From positions 1 to 40,907 of the IMG/VR virus record IMGVR_UViG_3300033067_002032: a DNA stretch of 40,907 nucleotides, one strand, 5' to 3'. This document shows, piece after piece, positions 1 to 8,720 of this stretch (the first letter of the stretch is position 1; each line of letters starts with the position of its first letter). The position numbers and the translations under genes are program-made. The stretch comes from a virus. Lineage: Duplodnaviria > Caudoviricetes. Under the pieces are notes generated by a model. That model saw only the letters and a list, made by a program, of their open reading frames with translations, was not told the origin of the DNA and made no database searches.

Positions 1-311
1 AAACGTAGTGATCCACGTTATCGACCGTTGAAAACGCTGGCATAAGGATGTCGGTCGCAATGACCTCGGCATCGAGAATCGGCACGCCCTGCGGATAGGC
101 TTGCGCCAACTGAGGGTATTTCTGCATTTCCTCGACCGTGAGGGGGCGACGGGCTTCGGACGCGAGCTTCAAGAGCTGCATACCTTCCGCCTTTCGCCCG
201 TCCTTCGTGAGAGGCATCGTCGATTCTCCCTCGATATACACGTCGTACTGCTCGGCCGCGTCTTCCCCGAAGACCACTGCTCCGAACCCTGGAGTTACAA
301 CCTCGCCTGAT
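1..311. repeat. Terminal overlap (copy 1) matching 40597-40907; circular assembly of a ~40,596 bp genome
   Basis: 1-244 is identical to 40597-40840; 11 mismatches fall in the last 67 nt. Confidence 0.95.
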
Positions 312-1918
312 TCAGCATCCTTTACCTGCGCCCCTTTGTTCAGCTCGGCCTCATCGTACAAATCCTTGTTCCCTGGGAGGAAGCGAATCGACTCGTCGTC
401 CGTGATCTTGACGGCCATCTCCTCCGTGTAAGTGTCGGAAAAGAAAGCGATCTGGTGGCGGATGATATCGGTCAGTACGTCCTGCTCGATGCGGCGAGCG
501 CGATCGTAGATGCGCGTGGTAGACGCAGCCTTCAGGTTGTTCGATTCCGTAGCGGAGGTCGGGTTCACCGAGTCCCCACCGACCACGAACGATCCGGCAC
601 CGGAAGTCTTTCGAACCACATCCTCGTTGATCTCCAAGAGTTTGAAGAGGGAGGATTTCACTTCGCCCGTGTTGAGCGTCTGGATCGCCTTATCGACCGT
701 CAGGTTTTGAATGTTCTTCAGGTGGATGATCTTGCCCGGTACGATCTCGAACTCCGTCTCGTCGCGCAGGTAAGCGCTGTTCATGGCGAATACCGGGGAG
801 GCGGAATACTTCGCGCTGTCCAGACCGAGGTTGTGAAGCGCGTTGGCTTCGAACTGCAACCAGCGAAGAAGCTCAGGCTCGCCCATGCCCCACGGGACGT
901 TCTTGATCTCGTAGTCGCGCATGGCAACCACGGGGAGTTCCTTGATGGATTCGAGAGGGTTCGGGTGATACTCGATCACGCGGCCGTTGGCGATAACCGC
1001 CCATTCGTCAGACTGTTCGGAAAACACGCGGAACGTCTCGACCAGGTACTTCGTATCAATCTTCGGGCCTTCCGTCGTGCGAGGGAACATCTTCCCGTCG
1101 AGATCGCGTGCCGTGCCTGGGTAACGCGAGGTCGGCATCCGGTACATGATGTCGGTCTTGTTGTAAATCTGAAGGTCGTCGGTCAGGTCTCCGCCCGCTT
1201 TCAACGCCTTATAGTTTGTCTTGTAGCAAAGCTCGGGATGGTTTTCGTAATATGCCTTCATTTCGCGCACGTCGCGCATTTCCCGAACAATATAATACGG
1301 CCACTTCTTCGGGTCATGTTCATGCACGTTCGGCAAATAGACCTTCAGAGGGTGGTCGTTCGTGAGTCCCCATCCATTGTAAAAAACCTTCGGACGCTCC
1401 TCGTAGCCCGGCGTCCCGTCCTGTCCGATCTTGATGAACTTCTTCTTGCGGACATCATAAATATGCTGCGAACGCAAGAAAGATGTGCCGAAGATCAAGC
1501 TGGTCTGTACCGCGTCAGCGATCTGGCGGAGCGCATGGGAGCGACGGAACTCAGCTTTCGAGAATTTGCCAAGGTATTCCGCCGTTTCTTTATCGCTCGG
1601 GTTATTCACTGGCGCGATCCGGTAAGCCGGAGGGCGACCCGTGAGCTGAGCTTCGATGCCCGCGATCGTTTGAAAGGTATACGGGACGAAGACGGCCAGA
1701 CCCCATTTGCCAATGTTTCGATTGGAATAGGTGAAGTCGGACATGATGGAGCGATACGCCAGATAGGACGCCTCCATAATATCCTTGAACTTTTTCTTGG
1801 CCTGTTTCGCCTCGCCGTACATCTCGTCAAACGCGCCAAGGAAGATTTCTTCTTCCTTGGACATGCGTGCGCCTTCTGCTTGTTTTTGAAAGTTCTTGGG
1901 GGTGAAAGATGAACTCAT
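1..1918 (-). CDS. Portal protein, N-terminal part; continues across the circular junction into 40596..40436 (~692 aa total)
   Basis: Absent from the ORF track because it runs off the edge. ATG overlaps the terL stop (ATGA at 1915-1918). Hand translation of the start gives MSSSFTPKNFQKQAEG...VFVPYTFQTIAGIEAQLTGRPP, and the frame joins the 40436-40873 ORF. It lies between TerL and scaffold/capsid genes. Confidence 0.85.
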   Translation of the reverse strand, partial: MSSSFTPKNFQKQAEGARMSKEEEIFLGAFDEMYGEAKQAKKKFKDIMEASYLAYRSIMSDFTYSNRNIGKWGLAVFVPYTFQTIAGIEAQLTGRPPAYRIAPVNNPSDKETAEYLGKFSKAEFRRSHALRQIADAVQTSLIFGTSFLRSQHIYDVRKKKFIKIGQDGTPGYEERPKVFYNGWGLTNDHPLKVYLPNVHEHDPKKWPYYIVREMRDVREMKAYYENHPELCYKTNYKALKAGGDLTDDLQIYNKTDIMYRMPTSRYPGTARDLDGKMFPRTTEGPKIDTKYLVETFRVFSEQSDEWAVIANGRVIEYHPNPLESIKELPVVAMRDYEIKNVPWGMGEPELLRWLQFEANALHNLGLDSAKYSASPVFAMNSAYLRDETEFEIVPGKIIHLKNIQNLTVDKAIQTLNTGEVKSSLFKLLEINEDVVRKTSGAGSFVVGGDSVNPTSATESNNLKAASTTRIYDRARRIEQDVLTDIIRHQIAFFSDTYTEEMAVKITDDESIRFLPGNKDLYDEAELNKGAQVKDAESGEVVTPGFGAVVFGEDAAEQYDVYIEGESTMPLTKDGRKAEGMQLLKLASEARRPLTVEEMQKYPQLAQAYPQGVPILDAEVIATDILMPAFSTVDNVDHYV

Positions 1919-3525
1919 AGAAAATGAGATGAATTGCCACCGGCGGATTCTTTAATCGGATACCCGTAACGGTCTCGCTTGACGCCGCCCTCGGGTTTCG
2001 GTAATGCCCCAGCCACTACTGAAATCTCGTCGTGCATCGCCAGCGAATCGGGAATATCGTCGTGAGCACACTTCGGAAAACGAAAGAGTTGATCCTGCAA
2101 AACCGCTAGAGCCTCCGATTCTGCTTCATCCTCGCCTTCTTCCGGAAGAAGTATACCACCTTGCTCCCAACGTGGCACGAGACCACGGATGCGATACTCC
2201 TTCGAAGCCCCGGAGTTGACAAGTTCAACGAGGGGCAAGAAGACGTTTCGGTTGAACATCTCGTCGCGGAGCAAGAATTGGAGCGCCTTCTGGTAGGCGA
2301 TGAACTCAACGGCTACCGCGCCGACATCGTACCCGCGAGCCGTCCACTTCTGGTAGACCTCGAAGATGAGATCGACAAGCTCCGTCGGGCCAAGCCCGCG
2401 CTTTGCGACCACCTGCAAGACCCACCATCGGTTCTTTTCATCGACTCCGCGAACGGTAAGCGCACAGAAGTCGGCAGATTGCTTGTCAGAAATAGCAGGA
2501 TCGACAGTAATACTGACGCCAAGATTCGGAGGAATATCCTTGCGAGCATACGTTTTAAGGAACTTACGCTTGAACGTGGCCGAAGCCTCGTCGATCACGC
2601 GATTAAGGTACTGGGCGACAAAGAACGCGTGACCCTGTTTAGGATCGGTCTCCATATCGCGCTGGATTCTCTTGACCCGCTCAGGCGAATACTTCTCCGG
2701 CCAGATCGTCTGGGTTCCTTCCAAATCCTTATAGACCTCCCGGTGGAACACGGCGATCTGATCCTTCTTCGCTTCGAGCAAATACCCGTACAAATCATCG
2801 AAGTGCCAACGGGTTCCGATATATACCTGGTCGCCGCCCGGTTCCAAAATCGGGAGGGTCTGGCGATCCCACGCCTTCAATTTGTCGAGCTGGTCTTTCG
2901 TCGTGATGTTCTCAGGCCCCACCAAGTCGTCCTTCAAGATCAGGTCGTAGTGGCGACCCGTGATTTCCGTACCCACACCAGCGACTTCGACCGTAGCTTC
3001 CTTCGGTTTCCTTTCACGACGCACCGTGACCGCCGTCTCATTCCATTTCACGAGCTTCATGTCGGGAATAAGCTCAGGATAGCACGCGCGAAGCAGCTCG
3101 TTCGTCTTCAGCTCCAAGGAAATCTGAAGCAAGAACGCCTTCGCGTTGTCGAGCTTATAGTTCGCAATCAAGATACGAATCTCAGGATCGCGCACGATAC
3201 GCCAGAGCGCATAACCGACCGTGCAAATCGTTGATTTCAAATGTCCGCGGGGGATGAGAACGAGCTTCGCCTCATCCGGCTGCATCATGAAATCAGCCAG
3301 CTCCCCGTGCAATTCGCGGCTCATTCCCTTCGAGCCGAGAATCTTGTCCATGAAATAAAAGAAATCGCGCCGACCAAGCTCCGCCATGATCTGAAGCGCG
3401 GTCAATTCGAACTCACGATTATATTCTTTTATATCGTCGGGGTACTTTATCAACAGCTCGGCTTCGAGCTTCTTCAAGATTTTTTCCAAATATTGCTTAT
3501 GCTCAGCGGAGGAAGGATCAATCAT
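1915..3525 (-). CDS. terL: Terminase large subunit
   Basis: Walker A-like IPRGHLKST, Walker B GRHYDLILKDDL, coupling motif YIGTRWH, nuclease motifs VDPA and HDDIPDSLA. Start placed at ATG 3525 downstream of a -10 box; the ORF track extends to TTG 3612. Confidence 0.93.
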   Translation of the reverse strand: MIDPSSAEHKQYLEKILKKLEAELLIKYPDDIKEYNREFELTALQIMAELGRRDFFYFMDKILGSKGMSRELHGELADFMMQPDEAKLVLIPRGHLKSTICTVGYALWRIVRDPEIRILIANYKLDNAKAFLLQISLELKTNELLRACYPELIPDMKLVKWNETAVTVRRERKPKEATVEVAGVGTEITGRHYDLILKDDLVGPENITTKDQLDKLKAWDRQTLPILEPGGDQVYIGTRWHFDDLYGYLLEAKKDQIAVFHREVYKDLEGTQTIWPEKYSPERVKRIQRDMETDPKQGHAFFVAQYLNRVIDEASATFKRKFLKTYARKDIPPNLGVSITVDPAISDKQSADFCALTVRGVDEKNRWWVLQVVAKRGLGPTELVDLIFEVYQKWTARGYDVGAVAVEFIAYQKALQFLLRDEMFNRNVFLPLVELVNSGASKEYRIRGLVPRWEQGGILLPEEGEDEAESEALAVLQDQLFRFPKCAHDDIPDSLAMHDEISVVAGALPKPEGGVKRDRYGYPIKESAGGNSSHFL

Positions 3526-3526
3526 G

Positions 3527-3565
3527 ATATCCACATTGTACACGTTTGCAGCGGGACTGTATAAT
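3527..3565. promoter_or_regulatory. Overlapping divergent sigma70-type promoters (terL/late leftward, replication cassette rightward)
   Basis: Plus strand TTGTAC(3536-41)-N18-TATAAT(3560-65); minus strand TTATAC(3564-59)-N18-TACAAT(3540-35); ATATCCACA at 3527-35. Confidence 0.6.
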
Positions 3566-3600
3566 TCCCGTGCTCGCCGTTGGGGACGGCGACGGTACGT

Positions 3601-3698
3601 AAGTCCTTTCAATCAACTCGACGGACTGTTATCCCTAGTGTGTTGATCCTCCTCACATTAAGAATGACTCCCCACCGTCGGGTTGATTGAAAGGATTT
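3601..3698 (+). other. Long stem-loop in the 5' leader of the replication cassette
   Basis: 3601-3624 pairs with 3675-3698 (24 bp with 2 G-U pairs on the plus strand); internal hairpin TAGTGTG/CACATTA. Confidence 0.7.
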
Positions 3699-3729
3699 TG
3701 TATCAGCTAACTCAATTCCCCTTTCCACT

Positions 3730-4161
3730 ATGCGTCCATTTCCTCAGCAAAAAGGAAGTAGGCAGCTTAGATGGGGGGACATCCGAGGATTCGAATCGCC
3801 AGCGCAAGCTGCGTTCGCAGTCAGAGGAACCACCTATGTTTGCGCCTATAAAGCGTGCTCTTGGGACAAAGTGCCGATGGAACGTCACACAGCCATCGCG
3901 GAGAAAAAGAAACGAATGAAGTTCGGCAATGCGTATTGCCCTGCTTACCGCGCGGATTTCTACGAAGCCAAGTACATGGGCTTCAAGCAATGCCACGCGA
4001 TCTGCGATGTCGATCCCGAGACCTGGTTTCTCGAATGTCATGAGTGCTTTTACAAAAAACAATTAAAGGAATACGAGGCAAAAGAGGCGATGTTTCCGCC
4101 CATGCCTCTGATGTTCCCCGAATACCCTGGGCTTGACGAAGTGTTTGCGAAGTCCGTATGA
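3730..4161 (+). CDS. Hypothetical Cys-rich protein
   Basis: T-ATG start; CAYKAC, CHAIC and CHEC motifs; ATGA overlap with the next gene. Confidence 0.6.
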   Translation: MRPFPQQKGSRQLRWGDIRGFESPAQAAFAVRGTTYVCAYKACSWDKVPMERHTAIAEKKKRMKFGNAYCPAYRADFYEAKYMGFKQCHAICDVDPETWFLECHECFYKKQLKEYEAKEAMFPPMPLMFPEYPGLDEVFAKSV

Positions 4162-5165
4162 ACCCGAACCTTCACCAAACATTCACCTGGATTGCCGAGC
4201 GCGTCCTGAACGACATCCCCGCGAACCTGTGGGACACCCGTGGCCGTGAGGCGTTCAACTGGGAACTTTCACGATGGGCTGAGAAGAACAGCGACGTGCC
4301 GGAAAGCGAACGCCCGAGCGTGGAAGACAAGGCCGAAATCTGGAAAAACACAATCCTCTTCCACAAAACAAACGACACGTCCCAATGGCGTCAGTACGTG
4401 AAGAACAACGGGGCGTTAGCCGAAGGCGAAAGCGATTCGCCTGAATCCAAAGGGGGAGAAAAATCCCAGCCGTTCATGATCGGCGGAGAAATGTCAGGAG
4501 GCACGATCGTCCTTGATACGATCTACGGACGCATCGACACGTCCGCCGACAACATCCTCTCGTTTGCCGCCTTCCAACGCGACGTGCTCCGCTCGACCGG
4601 GGAGGTTTACCCAAAGCAGTACCGGAAAGGTCATGAAAACAACGTGGCCGCCTGGATGAAGCTCGTGAAACGCCGATCCCGCGAAGACGACGAAGCATCG
4701 ACGCGATGGCAGCTTGAACGATTGATCGACCGCTTTCTCAGCGACTACGCGACCGACGAACTCACATTCGAGTCCACGATCAAGAATGGAAAACGCGCCG
4801 TTTTGAGGCGTGATGAGTTTATTTTTACTAAAGACACCCTGTTTGCCTGGCTCAAAACGCACGACCGCGAACGACGCTGGCAACGTGGAGAAGTCCTATT
4901 CGCTCTTAAAGAAATCTATGGATCAGGCTTTAACCCAGACAAGCGCGTCCACAACCGCCGTTGCTACGCCATCGCTTCAGATCGCCTGCAAGCTCTCAAT
5001 GACAGCGGGGGCGGGGAAGACGACGACGCTCCTCAAGAAAATCCAGGAATTGCAGGAACAGGGGATTCCCCTTCAGAGCATCTACGCGATGAGCTTCAGC
5101 AAGGCGACGGTGGAGGAATTGAAGGCTCGATTGCGCCCCATGCTGCCGGGCCTTTCGGAACGTGA
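4158..5165 (+). CDS. Putative replication protein (possible primase C-terminal-like plus winged-helix region)
   Basis: 335-aa ORF coupled to the helicase gene and upstream of an iteron-like region; family assignment is weak. Confidence 0.45.
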   Translation: MNPNLHQTFTWIAERVLNDIPANLWDTRGREAFNWELSRWAEKNSDVPESERPSVEDKAEIWKNTILFHKTNDTSQWRQYVKNNGALAEGESDSPESKGGEKSQPFMIGGEMSGGTIVLDTIYGRIDTSADNILSFAAFQRDVLRSTGEVYPKQYRKGHENNVAAWMKLVKRRSREDDEASTRWQLERLIDRFLSDYATDELTFESTIKNGKRAVLRRDEFIFTKDTLFAWLKTHDRERRWQRGEVLFALKEIYGSGFNPDKRVHNRRCYAIASDRLQALNDSGGGEDDDAPQENPGIAGTGDSPSEHLRDELQQGDGGGIEGSIAPHAAGPFGT

Positions 5166-6603
5166 TTTCATCGCCCAAACGAAGAACATCACGACCCAGC
5201 ACTCCGTCTGCTACCGCGCGACAAAGGGTGCGCTCACCCTCATGGGCAAGGACGATTACGCCCTGTTCGCCAAAGAGTCCGGCTTCCAGATCGTGAAGGT
5301 CGCAAAGGAAGACATTGACTCCCTCTACGAGACCGTGACCACGGGAAAAGATTCGACCGACGACGAGCTGATGTTCGCCGCCATGCAGCGCAGCCGCCTC
5401 GAACTGCGCGATCCGGCCGACTACTACCCCTATGCCGGGGAGAAACAGATCATCGCCCGGATGAAGGCGAGTTACCTCGAATACATGGAGAAAAACGGCA
5501 AGCTCGACTTCATCGGCATGATCGAACACGCCGTCGATGCCAAATACATCCCTTATGACATGCGGGCGCTGCTCGTCGATGAGGCGCAGGACATGTGTCC
5601 GCTGCTCTACGAGTACCACAAAATCCTGATCGAAGCCGCCAATAAAACGAAAGCTCCCGTCTTCTGGTACGGCGACGAAGACCAGTGCATCTACGAGTTC
5701 ATGGGCGCTGATCCGCAAATCTTCGTGAACCAGCCAGCCGCCGAGACCATCTTCGGAGAACACTCCTACCGGATGCCGAACAGCCTGGCATTGCTCGCAA
5801 ACAAGCTGATCGCCCGCAATAGGAAACGCCTGCCAAAGCAAATAAAGGGCAGCGACAAACTGGGCTTCGTAAAGCTGGCCGAGGATGCCGAGGACGCTGC
5901 CAGCAAGATGCGGCAGGCCGTGGAACTCTATAACCTCCGCACCGTCCTTTGGCTCTGCCCCATCAACTTCCAGGCCGACCAGGTGAAGGCCGCACTGACT
6001 GCGAACGGCTACCCCGTCCGCCTCGACGAAGGGGCTGAGAACGCGATCAAGCTCTTCAAACTATGGAAAAGCCGCCCCCAGCGCCTCACGCTGGCCGAGG
6101 TCATCATCCTCACGACCGGATCGCTAAACCGAAAGGATGCCGAGACGGGCAAGTTTACCGGGAAAAAGCTCCTCCCCTTCCGCATCACCTACTGGGAAGG
6201 CCCCCGGAAATGCGGAGAGAAGATCAAAGCCTGGGCGTATGGCGAGGCCGAGTTCCCCCGGGACGGCATCACCCCCGAAGAGCTGGGCTTAAACGAGACC
6301 ACCTGCAAAGCCCTGGCCTCCGGCGACATCACTGGCCTCAATATCGACCATGAGGATACCGATTACATCCAAGAACTCCTCAACCGCCCCCCGTCCACCT
6401 ATGAGGTCGAAGTCATCACGATCCACAAATCGAAAGGCCGAGAGGCCGACGTGGTGGTCAACAACACCTCGATCGTCGGCAAGATGAAAAAGACCCCGAC
6501 CGAAACCCTCCGCCGCCTCGCCTTCGTCGCCATGACCAGAACCAAGATGGTAAACATCTACTACCAAGACCCTGACACCGACAGTTACCATGAGTACATC
6601 TAG
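4918..6603 (+). CDS. UvrD/Rep-like superfamily 1 helicase
   Basis: AGAGKTT, VDEAQD, GDEDQCIYEFMGAD, TIHKSKGREAD, RRLAFVAMTR; start set at T-ATG 4918. Confidence 0.9.
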   Translation: MDQALTQTSASTTAVATPSLQIACKLSMTAGAGKTTTLLKKIQELQEQGIPLQSIYAMSFSKATVEELKARLRPMLPGLSERDFIAQTKNITTQHSVCYRATKGALTLMGKDDYALFAKESGFQIVKVAKEDIDSLYETVTTGKDSTDDELMFAAMQRSRLELRDPADYYPYAGEKQIIARMKASYLEYMEKNGKLDFIGMIEHAVDAKYIPYDMRALLVDEAQDMCPLLYEYHKILIEAANKTKAPVFWYGDEDQCIYEFMGADPQIFVNQPAAETIFGEHSYRMPNSLALLANKLIARNRKRLPKQIKGSDKLGFVKLAEDAEDAASKMRQAVELYNLRTVLWLCPINFQADQVKAALTANGYPVRLDEGAENAIKLFKLWKSRPQRLTLAEVIILTTGSLNRKDAETGKFTGKKLLPFRITYWEGPRKCGEKIKAWAYGEAEFPRDGITPEELGLNETTCKALASGDITGLNIDHEDTDYIQELLNRPPSTYEVEVITIHKSKGREADVVVNNTSIVGKMKKTPTETLRRLAFVAMTRTKMVNIYYQDPDTDSYHEYI

Positions 6604-6660
6604 TATCCAAACCACCCCAACCGGGTGGTTTTTGGCTCGCCTAGAAAGAGGCGATGCCGT

Positions 6661-6906
6661 TTTACCAGGTTTGCCATATTAGCGTGCGTACAGAAATCAT
6701 TTTCACAGTGCCACTGGGAAAAACGAAAGACTGGCAAACCTGGCAAACCTGGCAAAAAGCATAGAAACAAAGGGTTTTTACTGGTTTTAGAAGACAAGGA
6801 ACTGGCAAAGAATGCCAAGAAGCTGGTAAATTTTACCAAGAGAGAAAAGACGTAGGCTCGTTTTTTCCATTTTTTGCCATTTGAAGGTGGCAAAAGTTGC
6901 CAAAAC
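6661..6906. repeat. Iteron-like TGGYAAA repeats; candidate replication origin
   Basis: Tandem CTGGCAAAC/CTGGCAAAC/CTGGCAAAA at 6731-6757, plus further direct and inverted TGGCAAA/TGGTAAA copies (about 10) in an AT-rich non-coding stretch. Confidence 0.65.
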
Positions 6907-6947
6907 ATCCTTATAGAAAGAAGGGGAGAATGGGAGAAGAAAAAAGC

Positions 6948-7434
6948 GCTAAGATAAGCGAAAAGACGAATTTAAAAAGGCTAAGATAAGCCAAAAAAAA
7001 TTGCAAAAAATTTTAGAGAGAAGAGACCCAGACGGGGAGACGAAGAAAAGAAGGGTTAAAAATGATGCACGCACTGGGCGGTAGGGTCAATTTTGGGGAA
7101 CGCTGGGAGTCACATCGAAAGGGTGGGTCTAATTTTTCGCTAGTCTTAGCCATTCTTTCCCTCTCTTGGCTCTTCCCTCCCCCTGTTTAATGTGGGCGCA
7201 TGGGGGTATCCCCCTCTTTTTTCTGGGAGACGAGACATATATATATTAGCTAAGGTTAGCCAAGATATAGGGGTATGCTCTACGCCTGGCCGCGCTATAT
7301 ACCCCCTATATATATTAGATTCGCCTAACCAAAACGCCCCGGCCTTGTGTATTCTTAGCCAAATCCTAAGCGTCGTACAAGAACTATTATACGACCCATG
7401 ATTCAAGGACATCAAAAACACCGCTAAGATAAGC
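6948..7434. repeat. GCTAAGATAAGC repeats in the non-coding region downstream of terS
   Basis: Exact copies at 6948-59, 6980-91 and 7423-34; variants at about 7248 (GCTAAGGTTAGC) and inverted TCTTAGC at about 7144 and 7353. Confidence 0.7.
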
Positions 7435-7461
7435 GGTATTCTTGGGGTTGCCTATATTATA

Positions 7462-7923
7462 TTAATCCTCCAAAAGCTTTCTTGCCATATTCCGGCGCGT
7501 GTCTTCCCCCACGTCGATGATCTGATGCTCTTTAAACTCGCCCGACATCTTCCCCATAAGCTCAAGGGCTTTTAGCCTATGTTCAGCCATTAACACGATT
7601 TCCCCGCGTGTGTGCGCCAAGAGGTTTTTTTTCACGAACGCGCGGGGGTCTTCATCGTATTCTTTTAGTTCGTCTTCCAGGCTTTTCTTGTTCTCAAGCG
7701 TCAACGCCGCTTCTATTGTAGGGCTGCGTAGTGTCCTATAACCGTTCTTCTTTACTGCTTTGACACTATAACCCGCCGCGCGTGCTTTCTTCGCCATAGG
7801 CAATTCTGGGGCGTTTAAATCCATATCGACAAAACGCGCTTGCTTCTCGGTCAATCCGTGCTCCCTCTTCAACCTCTCAATGTGCAGGCGTTGCCCCGCC
7901 TTTGTCCGTTCCTTAACTGGCAT
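7462..7923 (-). CDS. terS: Terminase small subunit
   Basis: LTEKQARFVD...ARAAGYS HTH-like N-terminus and RLKALELMGK C-terminal motif, typical of Terminase_2-type proteins. Confidence 0.85.
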   Translation of the reverse strand: MPVKERTKAGQRLHIERLKREHGLTEKQARFVDMDLNAPELPMAKKARAAGYSVKAVKKNGYRTLRSPTIEAALTLENKKSLEDELKEYDEDPRAFVKKNLLAHTRGEIVLMAEHRLKALELMGKMSGEFKEHQIIDVGEDTRRNMARKLLED

Positions 7924-8009
7924 AATGTGCGATAGCTTAAAAATAAACGCCCTCCATGCTTGACGTGTAGGGCGTGTATATTGCCTTGTTTCTATTGGCC
8001 TGTTTCAGC

Positions 8010-8055
8010 TTATCCACATGCTACCCTTGACGGTTCGCAGTGGGACTGTTACAGT
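8010..8055 (+). promoter_or_regulatory. Strong early sigma70-type promoter with an upstream DnaA-box sequence
   Basis: TTATCCACA 8010-18; TTGACG 8027-32, N17, extended TGn-TACAGT 8050-55. Confidence 0.75.
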
Positions 8056-8090
8056 TGGAATGTAAGCAAGGCATAACGTCCATGCTACAC

Positions 8091-8154
8091 GCTCCACCTT
8101 GCGCCTTTCCGGTCGCCTGTTGACTCAGGCCACTAGATAACGCGCAGGGTGGGC
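8091..8154 (+). other. Structured 5' leader of the early operon
   Basis: CCACCTTGCGC(8094-8104)/GCGCAGGGTGG(8142-52) stem enclosing a GCCTG/CAGGC hairpin. Confidence 0.55.
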
Positions 8155-8190
8155 ATCTAACGCCTGGTACTCTATCACATTTTATACTCT

Positions 8191-8370
8191 ATGCGAACTA
8201 ACGCCCGTCTCCTCTTCCTCCGCGCCGAACGTCGCCGCCTGGTGAAGATTGAAAAGTTCAACGGCTACAAAGATGAACGTATCAGCAAGGAAATCAATTT
8301 GCTCGACTCGCAGATAGTACGTCAAAAAGAACTTTTAGCCTCAGTCAAAGCGGGTACATTCTCCCTCTAA
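8191..8370 (+). CDS. Small early hypothetical protein (59 aa, MRTNARLLFLRAERRRL...)
   Basis: Hand-translated; T-ATG start; stop 1 nt before the next start. Confidence 0.7.
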   Translation: MRTNARLLFLRAERRRLVKIEKFNGYKDERISKEINLLDSQIVRQKELLASVKAGTFSL

Positions 8371-8371
8371 T

Positions 8372-8575
8372 ATGCGTACTTCTCACGACATCTACAAACT
8401 CCCGGACGGCTCAACCGTCGCAATCGACGGCATGACTCCCCCACCTATCGGCGCGACTCTCTGGAAGGGCTACGACTACGACAAACAAGAATGGGTCTGG
8501 GAAGGCAAGAAAGACACGCGGACGCTCGACGAACTCCGCTTAGACATTAAACGCTCCCTTGCTCCCGCTCTATGA
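8372..8575 (+). CDS. Hypothetical early protein
   Basis: ORF track; TAAT-ATG coupling. Confidence 0.7.
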   Translation: MRTSHDIYKLPDGSTVAIDGMTPPPIGATLWKGYDYDKQEWVWEGKKDTRTLDELRLDIKRSLAPAL

Positions 8576-8649
8576 TCCTCTTCTCCTTCGTCGGTACGGT
8601 TCAGGAATTGCGCGAGCAACTTGTCCCCGCTTACGAACGTAAATTTTGA
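8572..8649 (+). CDS. Micro-ORF (25 aa, MILFSFVGTVQELREQLVPAYERKF)
   Basis: ATGA overlap with the previous stop; T-ATG context. Confidence 0.45.
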   Translation: MILFSFVGTVQELREQLVPAYERKF

Positions 8650-8713
8650 GACCGTGCGCCTCACTCGCTGGGGCGTATCTCTCAGCCTTCCACCTTTAGG
8701 AAGGCTTAGTCTC
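8648..8713 (+). other. Two-hairpin intergenic RNA element, copy 1
   Basis: GTGCGCCTCA/TGGGGCGTAT and AGCCTTCC/GGAAGGCT hairpins, closed by GAGAC/GTCTC; related to 10394-10445. Confidence 0.6.
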
Positions 8714-8720
8714 TCACAAT

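Noticed and set aside
1-311. Genuine virion direct terminal repeat
   Set aside because: It falls mid-portal gene and ends in strain-like divergence; better explained as assembly overlap of a circularly permuted genome.
455-1912. 485-aa plus-strand ORF
   Set aside because: Antisense shadow of the minus-strand portal gene; no motifs. The portal frame is coupled to terL and supported by third-position variation.
6600-7421. Short ORFs in the repeat-rich region
   Set aside because: Their translations only reflect the nucleotide repeats and purine tracts; more likely non-coding.
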